A DNA stretch of 64,000 nt from Eggerthellaceae bacterium (GTDB lineage: Bacteria; Bacillota; Clostridia; Christensenellales; UBA1242), in NCBI GenBank assembly GCA_963602685.1, contig CAVCJG010000002.1, positions 34,547 to 98,546 of the forward strand. The letters run 5' to 3'. Shown here one piece after another: positions 17,416 to 25,374 of the stretch (positions are counted from its first letter, which is position 1; each line of letters starts with the position of its first letter). The notes beneath the pieces were generated by a model. It ran no database searches. It saw nothing but the letters and a program-made list of their open reading frames with translations, and was not told where the DNA came from. The translations under genes and the position numbers were made by a program.

Positions 17416-19233
17416 ATGAAAATTACAAGCAAACAACTTCGTCAAACATGGTTAGATTTTTATAAACAACGCGGACACGTCGATATTGGCGCTGTTTCTC
17501 TTATTGGTGACGGAACAACAGGAGTTATGTTTAACGTTGCAGGAATGCAACCACTTATGCCATATCTTCTTGGCGAAAAACACCCAATGGGGACAAGACT
17601 TTGCAACGTTCAAGGTTGCGTTAGAACAATCGACATTGAATCAGTAGGCGATGCAAGCCACTGCACATTTTTTGAAATGATGGGAAACTGGAGTCTTGGC
17701 GATTATTTCAAAAAAGAAAAAACTGCATGGACTTTTGAACTTTTGACAAAAGTTTTTGGACTTGACCCAAACAAAATCTGCTCAACAGTTTTTGCAGGCG
17801 ACGAAAGCGCTCCAAGAGACGAAGAGACCGCAAACTATTTGCAACAACTCGGCATCAAAAAAGAAAACATTTTCTATCAAGGCAAAGACGACAACTGGTG
17901 GGAACTTGACGGAACAGTTCACACACCATGCGGCCCTGATAATGAATGGTTTTATCCTCTTTCAGACAAAAAATGCAGCGACACATGTGATATAAACTGC
18001 CCATGTGGCCGTTATGTTGAAATCGGAAACGATGTTTATATGCAGTATGAAAAACTTGAAAACGGCTATAGACCACTCACTCACAAAAACGTTGATACAG
18101 GATTTGGATTCGAACGCATGCTTATGTTTTTAAACGGACTTAAAGATGTTTATAAAACTGACCTTTACAGCGAAGTTATTTCGCACCTTACAAACGCGCT
18201 TGGTGTTGAATATGACGCAGACGAAGAGCAAACAAAATCAATTCGTATCATCGCCGACCATATGCGCACAGCTGTTATGCTTATTGGCGACCGCAACGGA
18301 ATCGTTCCAAGCAATGTTGGGGCGGGATATATTTTGCGCCGCATAATGCGCAGAGCAATTCGCCATGCAAACAAACTTGGACTTGACTTAAACGAACTTA
18401 TCGAAATCTCAAAGATTTTCATCGAAAAGGTTTATGACGAAGCATATCCATTGTTACTTGAAAAAGAACAATACATCTTAAACGAAATTCAAAAAGAAAT
18501 GGACAAGTTCAGCAAAGCGCTTCAACTTGGACTTAAAGAATTCGAAAAGGTTGTTGCCGGAATTGAAAGACACAAACAATTTGCAAAAGAAGGCGAAGTT
18601 GTTGAAAATGTTATTTCAGACAAAGCAGCATTCAGACTTTATGACACATTTGGATTTCCACTTGAACTGACAAAAGAACTTGCCGAAGAAAAGGGCTATG
18701 AAGTTGACGAAGAAGGCTTTAAAGAACGCTTTAAAGAGCACCAAGAAAAGTCACGTTCAACTGCTGCCGGCGAGTTTAAAGGAGGACTTGAAAATGGCGG
18801 AGAAATCACAACTCATTATCACACTGCAACACACATTATGCTTGCAGGCTTAAAAAAGATGTTTGGTGACGACGTTGTTCAAAAGGGCTCAAACATAACA
18901 AACGAAAGAATGAGATTTGACTTTAATCTCGACCATAAAATGACCGACGAAGAAATCAAACAACTTGAAAAATTTGTCAATGACACAATCGCGCGCGGAC
19001 TTGATGTCACATGCAAAGAGATGACACTTGAAGAAGCACGCAAGTTTGGCGCTCATGGCGTGTTTGATTCAAAATATGGCGAAAAAGTTAAAGTTTATAT
19101 CATCGGTGACGTCGACAAACAAATTTGCGGCGGTCCACACGTTAAAAACACAAGCGAACTTGGCAAGTTTAGAATTGTCAAAGAAGAAAGTTCGTCAGCA
19201 GGAATCAGAAGAATTAAAGCCGTGCTTGAATAG
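17416..19233 (+). CDS. alaS: Alanine--tRNA ligase, short form (605 aa, no C-Ala domain)
   Basis: Class II AlaRS motifs FNVAGMQP and FFEMMGNWSLGDYFK, plus editing-site motifs HTATHIM and CGGPHV. The protein ends about 30 aa after CGGPHV. Confidence 0.85.
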   Translation: MKITSKQLRQTWLDFYKQRGHVDIGAVSLIGDGTTGVMFNVAGMQPLMPYLLGEKHPMGTRLCNVQGCVRTIDIESVGDASHCTFFEMMGNWSLGDYFKKEKTAWTFELLTKVFGLDPNKICSTVFAGDESAPRDEETANYLQQLGIKKENIFYQGKDDNWWELDGTVHTPCGPDNEWFYPLSDKKCSDTCDINCPCGRYVEIGNDVYMQYEKLENGYRPLTHKNVDTGFGFERMLMFLNGLKDVYKTDLYSEVISHLTNALGVEYDADEEQTKSIRIIADHMRTAVMLIGDRNGIVPSNVGAGYILRRIMRRAIRHANKLGLDLNELIEISKIFIEKVYDEAYPLLLEKEQYILNEIQKEMDKFSKALQLGLKEFEKVVAGIERHKQFAKEGEVVENVISDKAAFRLYDTFGFPLELTKELAEEKGYEVDEEGFKERFKEHQEKSRSTAAGEFKGGLENGGEITTHYHTATHIMLAGLKKMFGDDVVQKGSNITNERMRFDFNLDHKMTDEEIKQLEKFVNDTIARGLDVTCKEMTLEEARKFGAHGVFDSKYGEKVKVYIIGDVDKQICGGPHVKNTSELGKFRIVKEESSSAGIRRIKAVLE

Positions 19234-19309
19234 ACGGGGCGAGATGCCTGCAAAATTTGACTTGCTTTTAGGCGCATAATTTGCTATAATAAAAATATAA
19301 GGAGAACAT

Positions 19310-20740
19310 ATGGCAAAGGACGGAGTAAAAAAAGGATTTTTCTTCTATTTTGGATTGTTTTTATTGATAATTTTAGGAGTCGTTTCGATACTGTTTATCG
19401 TTATGATGTTTATGCCTAAGACAAGCATTTTAGGGCTGCAATATTTTACAAACCACAGTGCGATCAGAGTTGACGCAACAACAGACGAAGCAAAAACTCA
19501 AATAAATTTTGAAGATCCAAACTTTTCAAGTGTGGTTATAAACTCAAATTTTGCCAGTGTTTATGTGCAAAAAAACAATGAGTTCGAACGCAACGGAATC
19601 TATTTCGTAAACAATTCAAAAGGCTTTGTATCATCAAAAAAGGCCAACAATTTTGAATACAGCGCAGTCATCGAAGATGGCGTGCTTAAAATTTCAGTAA
19701 CCGAAGAGCAAGCTTTCTTGTATTTTTCAAAAGACGTTCGCATCGTTTTCCAAATTTCAAATGAAACAATAAATCCACTTTCAAACAAACATCTGTCAAT
19801 AAACACTTCGTCAGGAGATGTTTACATCGGCGGAACATATGTTGCAGGACACAGCCACAGCCTTTTGCTTGGCGGGGTGGAAATTGAAACATCAAAAGGA
19901 TCAATCAATTTCTCAACACTTGCGCCAAACAATTATCCATACTTCTATTTAAAAACCAGAAGCGGTGATATTAACATTGGATTGCCAAGTTTGCGTGCAG
20001 ATGAAGCGTTGTTTATCGAAACCACAAATGGTGACATCAGCGCGACAAAACTTGAAAGTCCAAACACAATTTCAATCACATCAAATCGCGGGAAAATTTC
20101 AATCAGCGACATCAATGCAAACGTAAACTTTAAAGTCGTTGACGCATACATTCAAGTTTCAAACATAATTGGCAATGTTAGTTTTGCAAATTCAGTTGGC
20201 AAATTTAATGCGGCTGTTGTAAAAATCAACAGAGTTGACGGAGACTTTAACGCAACCGATGCAAAAAGCACTTATTTTGAACTTGGAAGCGTTAAAGGCA
20301 AAGCAGTTATCGAAACTGGCGCAGGTGACATTGTTATCAAAAAAACAATCTTCACAAATTGGCAATTAAAAACCGAATCGGGCAAGATTCAAGCCGAGAT
20401 CAACACTGACGCAACAAACGTCAACATTTCAACTCAAAAGGGCAGACTTGAAATAACCCTTCCAAACAACTTTTCAGCAATCACGATTGAAAACCAATCA
20501 GGAATGACAAATCTTAACGTTCCAAACAAGGGCAAATACAAAATCACATTCAAATATTATGAATCTGGTGATGATTTTAAACTTGAAGATTTCAAGTTTG
20601 ACAACGTAAATTTAAATCTTGACGTTGAAAAAACAAATCCTATGCTTTTAGAGCAAGGCGGGTCAAACCAAAGCACACTTACTTTAAAATGCAACAAACA
20701 AATCAATTTTAATTGGTATAATTTGAAACAAAGCGCCTAA
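19310..20740 (+). CDS. DUF4097-like beta-repeat protein with an N-terminal TM helix
   Basis: 476 aa with recurring short motifs SGD[IV]xI / xGxIxx (SSGDVYIGG, RSGDINIG, TNGDISAT, GAGDIVIK, ESGKIQAEI). Confidence 0.6.
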   Translation: MAKDGVKKGFFFYFGLFLLIILGVVSILFIVMMFMPKTSILGLQYFTNHSAIRVDATTDEAKTQINFEDPNFSSVVINSNFASVYVQKNNEFERNGIYFVNNSKGFVSSKKANNFEYSAVIEDGVLKISVTEEQAFLYFSKDVRIVFQISNETINPLSNKHLSINTSSGDVYIGGTYVAGHSHSLLLGGVEIETSKGSINFSTLAPNNYPYFYLKTRSGDINIGLPSLRADEALFIETTNGDISATKLESPNTISITSNRGKISISDINANVNFKVVDAYIQVSNIIGNVSFANSVGKFNAAVVKINRVDGDFNATDAKSTYFELGSVKGKAVIETGAGDIVIKKTIFTNWQLKTESGKIQAEINTDATNVNISTQKGRLEITLPNNFSAITIENQSGMTNLNVPNKGKYKITFKYYESGDDFKLEDFKFDNVNLNLDVEKTNPMLLEQGGSNQSTLTLKCNKQINFNWYNLKQSA

Positions 20741-20752
20741 ACGCGCTTTTTT
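20732..20752 (+). terminator. Intrinsic terminator
   Basis: AGCGC-ctaaac-GCGCT followed by a T-run; it spans the stop codon. Confidence 0.6.
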
Positions 20753-20789
20753 CTTTGCAACAAAACAATCAATGTGATATAATCAAGTT

Positions 20790-21866
20790 ATGAAAATCTT
20801 ACATGTTGCCGACCTTCATCTTGAAGGCGGATACAATAGAGTGGGAAGCGAGAAAAACAAGTTGCTCAAATCAGAGGGGCTTGATTATTTTTCGCAGGTT
20901 CTTGAAATAGCTGAAAGCGAGCACGTCAGCGCGGTGCTTTTATGCGGCGACCTTTTTGACAGACTCAGTGTGCGCGTTTCTTTCCGCAAAGAAATTGCAA
21001 ATCAAATTGCGGCACATCCAGACATTAAATTTTTCTATTGTCTTGGCAATCATGACCATAAATTGCTGTTTGAAGATGAAAAACCGGACAATTTAATCAT
21101 TTTTTCTACTGATTTTGAAAAATATGACCTTGGCGAAGTGGTGATTGGCGGCTCAAGCGTGCTTAAATTTTCACGACGCGATTTCGTTGATAAAATTGAT
21201 TTTGATAAAAACAGACTCAACATTTTAATGTTGCACGCCTATCTCTCACCAACAAGTTATGACGACTGTCTGTCATTTGAAGTTAAAGAATTAAAAAACA
21301 AATACATTGATTATTTGGCACTTGGACATATTCACACTCGCAGCGACGGAAAAATCGACGAGCGAGGCGTGTGGGTTTATTCCGGTAATGGTGGCAAATA
21401 TGGCTTTGGAAATTATCCAAAAGGCTGCGTCATCTTGACAATCGAAAACGGAAAAATCTCATGGGAGCGCCGCGATTTTGTTTCAAAACGCAATTTTGTG
21501 GACGCATATGTTGATATTTCAGCTTGTCAAGACAGCAAAGATATTGAAGCAGCAATCAAAAACACGTTAAAAAATTGTTCGCATAACGACCTTGTCAGAG
21601 TGTTTTTGAAAGGCGAATACGACGAAGATATTTATAAAAACATTCAATATTTAATCGAAAAATTTTCGGACGATTATTTCTATTTTGACATGCGCGATGA
21701 CAGCAAGTTGAGAATTGACATTGAGCGTCTGAAAAATGAAACGCTTTCGCTTAAAGCCGAACTTATAAAATTGGTGCTTGACCGTCAAGATTTGACCGAC
21801 GAAGAAAAAGAAAAATGCATCAAACTTGGCATAAGCGCTTTGCGCGGCGAGGAGGTGGAAGTATGA
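20790..21866 (+). CDS. SbcD/YhaO-like metallophosphoesterase (DNA repair exonuclease family)
   Basis: Calcineurin-like motifs LHVADLHLEG, CGDLFD, GNHD and GHIH. Confidence 0.75.
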   Translation: MKILHVADLHLEGGYNRVGSEKNKLLKSEGLDYFSQVLEIAESEHVSAVLLCGDLFDRLSVRVSFRKEIANQIAAHPDIKFFYCLGNHDHKLLFEDEKPDNLIIFSTDFEKYDLGEVVIGGSSVLKFSRRDFVDKIDFDKNRLNILMLHAYLSPTSYDDCLSFEVKELKNKYIDYLALGHIHTRSDGKIDERGVWVYSGNGGKYGFGNYPKGCVILTIENGKISWERRDFVSKRNFVDAYVDISACQDSKDIEAAIKNTLKNCSHNDLVRVFLKGEYDEDIYKNIQYLIEKFSDDYFYFDMRDDSKLRIDIERLKNETLSLKAELIKLVLDRQDLTDEEKEKCIKLGISALRGEEVEV

Positions 21867-23524
21867 AACTTTGCAGCCTTCACATAGAAAATTTTGGCAA
21901 ATTATCAAATTACGACCATGTGTTTACTGACGGACTAAACGTTATTAAGCACGAAAACTCTTGGGGGAAAACTACGCTTGCAACTTTTTTGAAAGCGATG
22001 TTTTATGGCATGGAGAAAAAGGGCAATTTGAAGGCTTATTGCGCCGAACGCAGCAAGTATATGCCTTGGCAAGGCGGAGTTTATGGCGGCAGTGTAATTT
22101 TTGAAGTAAATGGCAAAACTTACAGAGTGCTTCGCACATTTGCGCCAACTCCAGAAGGTGACAGATTCGAACTTATCGACCTTGAAACCAACAAGCCATC
22201 AAAAGATTACTCATCAAACCTGGGCGAAGAAATATTCAAGGTTGGCCGCGAAACATTTGCGCTTTCTACATTCTTTCCACAGGGCGAACTTGAAGGAAAG
22301 ATAAACGACGAAATAAGGTCATATTTAACAGGCGCAAACGATATTTCCGGCGACGTTGACATGCAATCAAAGGCGATTAAAAAACTTAAAAGTCTTGAAC
22401 GTGAATACAAAATAACTTGTCCAAAAACATATGATTTAATTTCGCTTGAAGATGCAATCTCTGACAATAAAGCGCAGTTGAAAACTTTGGAAGAACAGCG
22501 CGAAGAGATAAAGTCAGACGTCGCAAAATTGCAAGAAAAGATTGATAATTTCAAGCTTCCAAATGAATATGAAACAGAAAAACCGGGCAAAATTGGCTCT
22601 TTGATAAGCAATCTTGAACAAGAGAAAAACGAAATTGACTTAAAGGTTTCAAAAGCAATAAAAAGAGCAAAAGCACGCAGACTTTTGCCAATAGTCGGCA
22701 TAGCATTAAGCGCAGCACTGATGATTGTTGGAATTCTCATCGCGGCATTTGCAGTCAGCCTTGTTGCGGGAATTGTTGTTGCAGCGGCGGCAGCAATTGC
22801 AGCAGGCGTTGGCATCGGCCTTCTTTTGAGAGCAAAACACAAACTCGGCGCAGTGCTTGTTCCGCTAAAAAATCGACTTAAACAAATCGAGCAGAAAAAG
22901 ATTGAACTGCAACAAAAATATCAACAACTTGCCGCTCAAACTGAATCGCTTTTAGAAGAGGCGAAAGCCAAGAAAGATTTGCAAGTAGAACTGGCAGTTG
23001 ACAACACAAAACTTGAACATATCGAAAAAGATGTTGTTAGACTTTTAGAAAAGCTTGACGATCAAGAAACAACCCTTGCATCGCTGAAAACGCAAAAAGA
23101 AGAACTTGAAGAAAAGCAAAAAATCACCGCTTATGTGATTGAATGCTTAATTCAAGGGCAAGAAAACATTTCAAAGCGTTATGTTCAGCCTATGCAGCAG
23201 CAGTTTAATTCAATCATTTCACGCTTGTCTGACGACAAACACATAGTTCTAGACAGCGACTTAAACGTTAATCTCGACACTCAGTCTGGCCTAAAAGAAA
23301 AAGAATTTTTAAGCACGGGCAATCAAGATATGGTTGAAATTTGCAAAAGATTTGCGCTGATAAAAAGCATATTTAAACATCAAACGCCATTTATAATACT
23401 AGACGATCCTTTTGTAAATCTTGACGAAAAAGCACTTGATGGAATGCTGAAAGTTGTTAAAGATTTTTCAAATGAAATGCAAATAATATATCTGGTTTGC
23501 CACAGCAGCAGAATAGGAGAGTAA
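21863..23524 (+). CDS. SbcC/YhaN-like AAA ATPase with a central hydrophobic insertion
   Basis: The start overlaps the upstream stop (ATGA). N-terminal NFGKL...WGKTT P-loop, long coiled coils, two TM-like helices (nt about 22684-22830), and C-terminal ILDDPFVNLD Walker B. Confidence 0.65.
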   Translation: MKLCSLHIENFGKLSNYDHVFTDGLNVIKHENSWGKTTLATFLKAMFYGMEKKGNLKAYCAERSKYMPWQGGVYGGSVIFEVNGKTYRVLRTFAPTPEGDRFELIDLETNKPSKDYSSNLGEEIFKVGRETFALSTFFPQGELEGKINDEIRSYLTGANDISGDVDMQSKAIKKLKSLEREYKITCPKTYDLISLEDAISDNKAQLKTLEEQREEIKSDVAKLQEKIDNFKLPNEYETEKPGKIGSLISNLEQEKNEIDLKVSKAIKRAKARRLLPIVGIALSAALMIVGILIAAFAVSLVAGIVVAAAAAIAAGVGIGLLLRAKHKLGAVLVPLKNRLKQIEQKKIELQQKYQQLAAQTESLLEEAKAKKDLQVELAVDNTKLEHIEKDVVRLLEKLDDQETTLASLKTQKEELEEKQKITAYVIECLIQGQENISKRYVQPMQQQFNSIISRLSDDKHIVLDSDLNVNLDTQSGLKEKEFLSTGNQDMVEICKRFALIKSIFKHQTPFIILDDPFVNLDEKALDGMLKVVKDFSNEMQIIYLVCHSSRIGE

Positions 23525-23525
23525 T

Positions 23526-24059
23526 ATGGTAAAAATAGTTATTAGAAATCAAGCAGATTTAAACAAATATTTAAAACCAGGATCAAAATATATCTACGAA
23601 TTTAAAAAACTTGGCTTGCTTGCCAATGTTAAAATTAAATTCGACCTTTTTGACACCAAAAACGCCCGTGAAGACGGCAAGGAAAGCGAAAATAAGGTCA
23701 TCTTAAAGGCAAACAAGATTTCAGCAAAATGCCTTATTGTTGACCAAATCGAAGCCGATAAAATTCGCGCCAAGTCAATCGTTGCAACCTACGTTTTTGC
23801 TAAAAAGGTAAGATGCGGAACAATCAGCGTTAAAAACCTTGAAGCGGACAAGGTTCGTTGCACACTCTTCAATGGCATGGTTTTGAAAGCCAGAAAGGTT
23901 AGGGGTGAATATATCGACGTGTGCGAAATCAGAAATTGCAGCAAGATTCGCGCCAAGGCTATTAAAATGCTGACCATGAACGGCGGAAAACTCCGTGCTG
24001 GCACTGTAAACCTTGCAAAAGAAGGCGAAGAATACAAGTTGCCAGAAACAACAAACTAG
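23526..24059 (+). CDS. Repeat protein (177 aa), seven copies of a roughly 13-16 aa xAxK[IV]R[AC]xx[IV] unit
   Basis: The start lies 1 nt after the yhaN-like stop. Repeats are KANKISAKCLIV, EADKIRAKSIVA, FAKKVRCGTISV, EADKVRCTLFNG, KARKVRGEYIDV, NCSKIRAKAIKM and NGGKLRAGTVNL. Confidence 0.5.
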   Translation: MVKIVIRNQADLNKYLKPGSKYIYEFKKLGLLANVKIKFDLFDTKNAREDGKESENKVILKANKISAKCLIVDQIEADKIRAKSIVATYVFAKKVRCGTISVKNLEADKVRCTLFNGMVLKARKVRGEYIDVCEIRNCSKIRAKAIKMLTMNGGKLRAGTVNLAKEGEEYKLPETTN

Positions 24060-24124
24060 AATTGCATATTTTAAAAAAATATGTGCAAAAATAGTTGATT
24101 TTTTGATTAGATTTTGATATAGTT

Positions 24125-24195
24125 ATAAGGCAAAGTCACAAAAGAAGCTTAAAACGAATAAATATTTGTGACTGGGCATACAGATTTTGCCTTAT
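24125..24195 (+). other. Long imperfect hairpin just upstream of tRNA-Gly
   Basis: ATAAGGCAAAGTCACAAA (24125-24142) pairs with TTTGTGAC (24165-24172) and TTTGCCTTAT (24186-24195). That gives 18 bp with a 13-nt 3' bulge. Confidence 0.4.
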
Positions 24196-24203
24196 TTCGA
24201 TAT

Positions 24204-24279
24204 GCGGGAGTGGCTCAGTTGGTAGAGCGTTGCCTTGCCAAGGCAAAGGTCGCGGGTTCGAACCCCGTCTTCCGCTCCA
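24204..24279 (+). tRNA. tRNA-Gly (anticodon GCC)
   Basis: Cloverleaf with anticodon arm TTGCC-TTGCCAA-GGCAA, T-arm GCGGG-TTCGAAC-CCCGT, and encoded CCA. Confidence 0.9.
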
Positions 24280-24337
24280 TATTTGAATTACAAAGGCAGG
24301 CTGGGGGTCAAAAGGTTGCGGCTTCCATTCCGTATTT

Positions 24338-24412
24338 GGTACCATAGCCAAGTGGTAAGGCAAAGGTCTGCAAAACCTTCATTCCCCGGTTCAAATCCGG
24401 GTGGTACCTCCA
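24338..24412 (+). tRNA. tRNA-Cys (anticodon GCA)
   Basis: GGTACCATAGCCAAGTGGTAAGGC...CTGCAAA loop, T-arm CCCGG-TTCAAAT-CCGGG, and encoded CCA. Confidence 0.9.
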
Positions 24413-24428
24413 AATTAAACAGCAATAA

Positions 24429-24514
24429 GCTGGTGTGGCGGAATGGCAGACGCACAGGACTTAAAATCCTGAGAGGGCAACTTCGTGTGGGTTCAAGTCC
24501 CACCACCAGCACCA
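24429..24514 (+). tRNA. tRNA-Leu (anticodon UAA), long variable arm
   Basis: 86 nt. Anticodon arm CAGGA-CTTAAAA-TCCTG, T-arm GTGGG-TTCAAGT-CCCAC, acceptor GCTGGTG/CACCAGC, and encoded CCA. Confidence 0.9.
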
Positions 24515-24847
24515 CAAACCGAAGTAGTAACATCAGTTACTATTTTTTTTATTCAAAAACCAGAGCAAATTTTTTAGGTGGGACTTTTCAAGTCCTTCCT
24601 GTCGGACCCGGACCGCGAGCAAGTCGCTCCCGGCTTGTCGTTCGCGCTGCTCACTGGCTAAAAACAAGCGCACCGGCTTGTTTTCTTAACGCGTCGCCCC
24701 ACCAGCACCATAGACCGAAGTAGTAACATCAGTTACTATTTTTTTTATTCTAAAACCAGAGCAAATTTTTTAGGTGGGACTTTTCAAGTCCTTCCTGTCG
24801 GATCCAGACCGCGAACAAGTCGCTCCCGGCTTCGGCTAAAACAAAAC
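24497..24847 (+). repeat. About 1.75 tandem copies of a 196-bp unit that begins inside the tRNA-Leu 3' end
   Basis: The last 18 nt of tRNA-Leu (GTCCCACCACCAGCACCA) recur at 24693-24710 as GTCGCCCCACCAGCACCA. The following 122 nt (24515-24636 versus 24711-24832) differ at 6 positions. Confidence 0.85.
24525..24550 (+). terminator. Intrinsic terminator of the tRNA operon (second copy at 24721-24746)
   Basis: TAGTAAC-atca-GTTACTA followed by T8. Confidence 0.7.
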
Positions 24848-24860
24848 ATGGTTGTATGTT

Positions 24861-24890
24861 TTGACAACTTGTTTGCTTATTTGTTATAAT
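24861..24890 (+). promoter_or_regulatory. Promoter TTGACA-N18-TATAAT placed 6 nt from the ATG (leaderless geometry)
   Basis: -35 at 24861-24866 and -10 at 24885-24890. ATG at 24897 has no SD. Confidence 0.55.
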
Positions 24891-24896
24891 AAATCT

Positions 24897-25319
24897 ATGA
24901 TAAGCGAAGATAGATACAAACATATTATTGCGGTTGCAAGACTTATGAAAGAAGAATGTGTAAAGAACAAAAAATCCAAAGAATATGCTGAAGAAATGTT
25001 TACTCTTGGACTTTTACACGATATTGGATATGAGTTTGGGGAACATGCTGAACATAGTCAAGTCGGTTTTGCAATCCTAGATAGGCAAGGGTATAAATAT
25101 GCCAATGAAATAAGGTTTCACGGCGACGATAGTTGCGAATATGCTTCAAAAGAACTTGATTTGCTTAATTTTGCCGATATGCACACAAACGAAAAGGGTG
25201 AGTATGTAACTTTTGAAGAACGATTGCAAGATATCGCTGACAGGCGTGGAGTTAACTCCGATGCATACAAGTCGGCAAAGAATATTATCAATGGTTTGTT
25301 GCAAAAAGGCTATAAATAG
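24897..25319 (+). CDS. HD-domain phosphohydrolase (about 140 aa)
   Basis: H...LGLLHDIGYEF HD motif. The start is set at the ATG because the upstream TTG-initiated part of the ORF overlaps the promoter. Confidence 0.7.
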   Translation: MISEDRYKHIIAVARLMKEECVKNKKSKEYAEEMFTLGLLHDIGYEFGEHAEHSQVGFAILDRQGYKYANEIRFHGDDSCEYASKELDLLNFADMHTNEKGEYVTFEERLQDIADRRGVNSDAYKSAKNIINGLLQKGYK

Positions 25320-25374
25320 CAATAGATTTTGGATGTCAAACAACAATAAAAAATTTTAAAAGGTGAACTGCAGA

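Noticed and set aside
22207-22842. 211-aa minus-strand ORF. Similar long antisense ORFs occur at 3934-4434, 58020-58517, 60114-60632, 47263-47664 and 14826-15191.
   Set aside because: These are shadow ORFs on the opposite strand of well-supported genes. They have low-complexity or odd composition and no SD or promoter.
24235-24723. 162-aa plus-strand ORF, together with minus-strand ORFs at 24136-24363 and 24288-24533.
   Set aside because: They read straight through three tRNA genes and the downstream repeat. They are artefacts of GC-rich structured RNA sequence, not coding regions.
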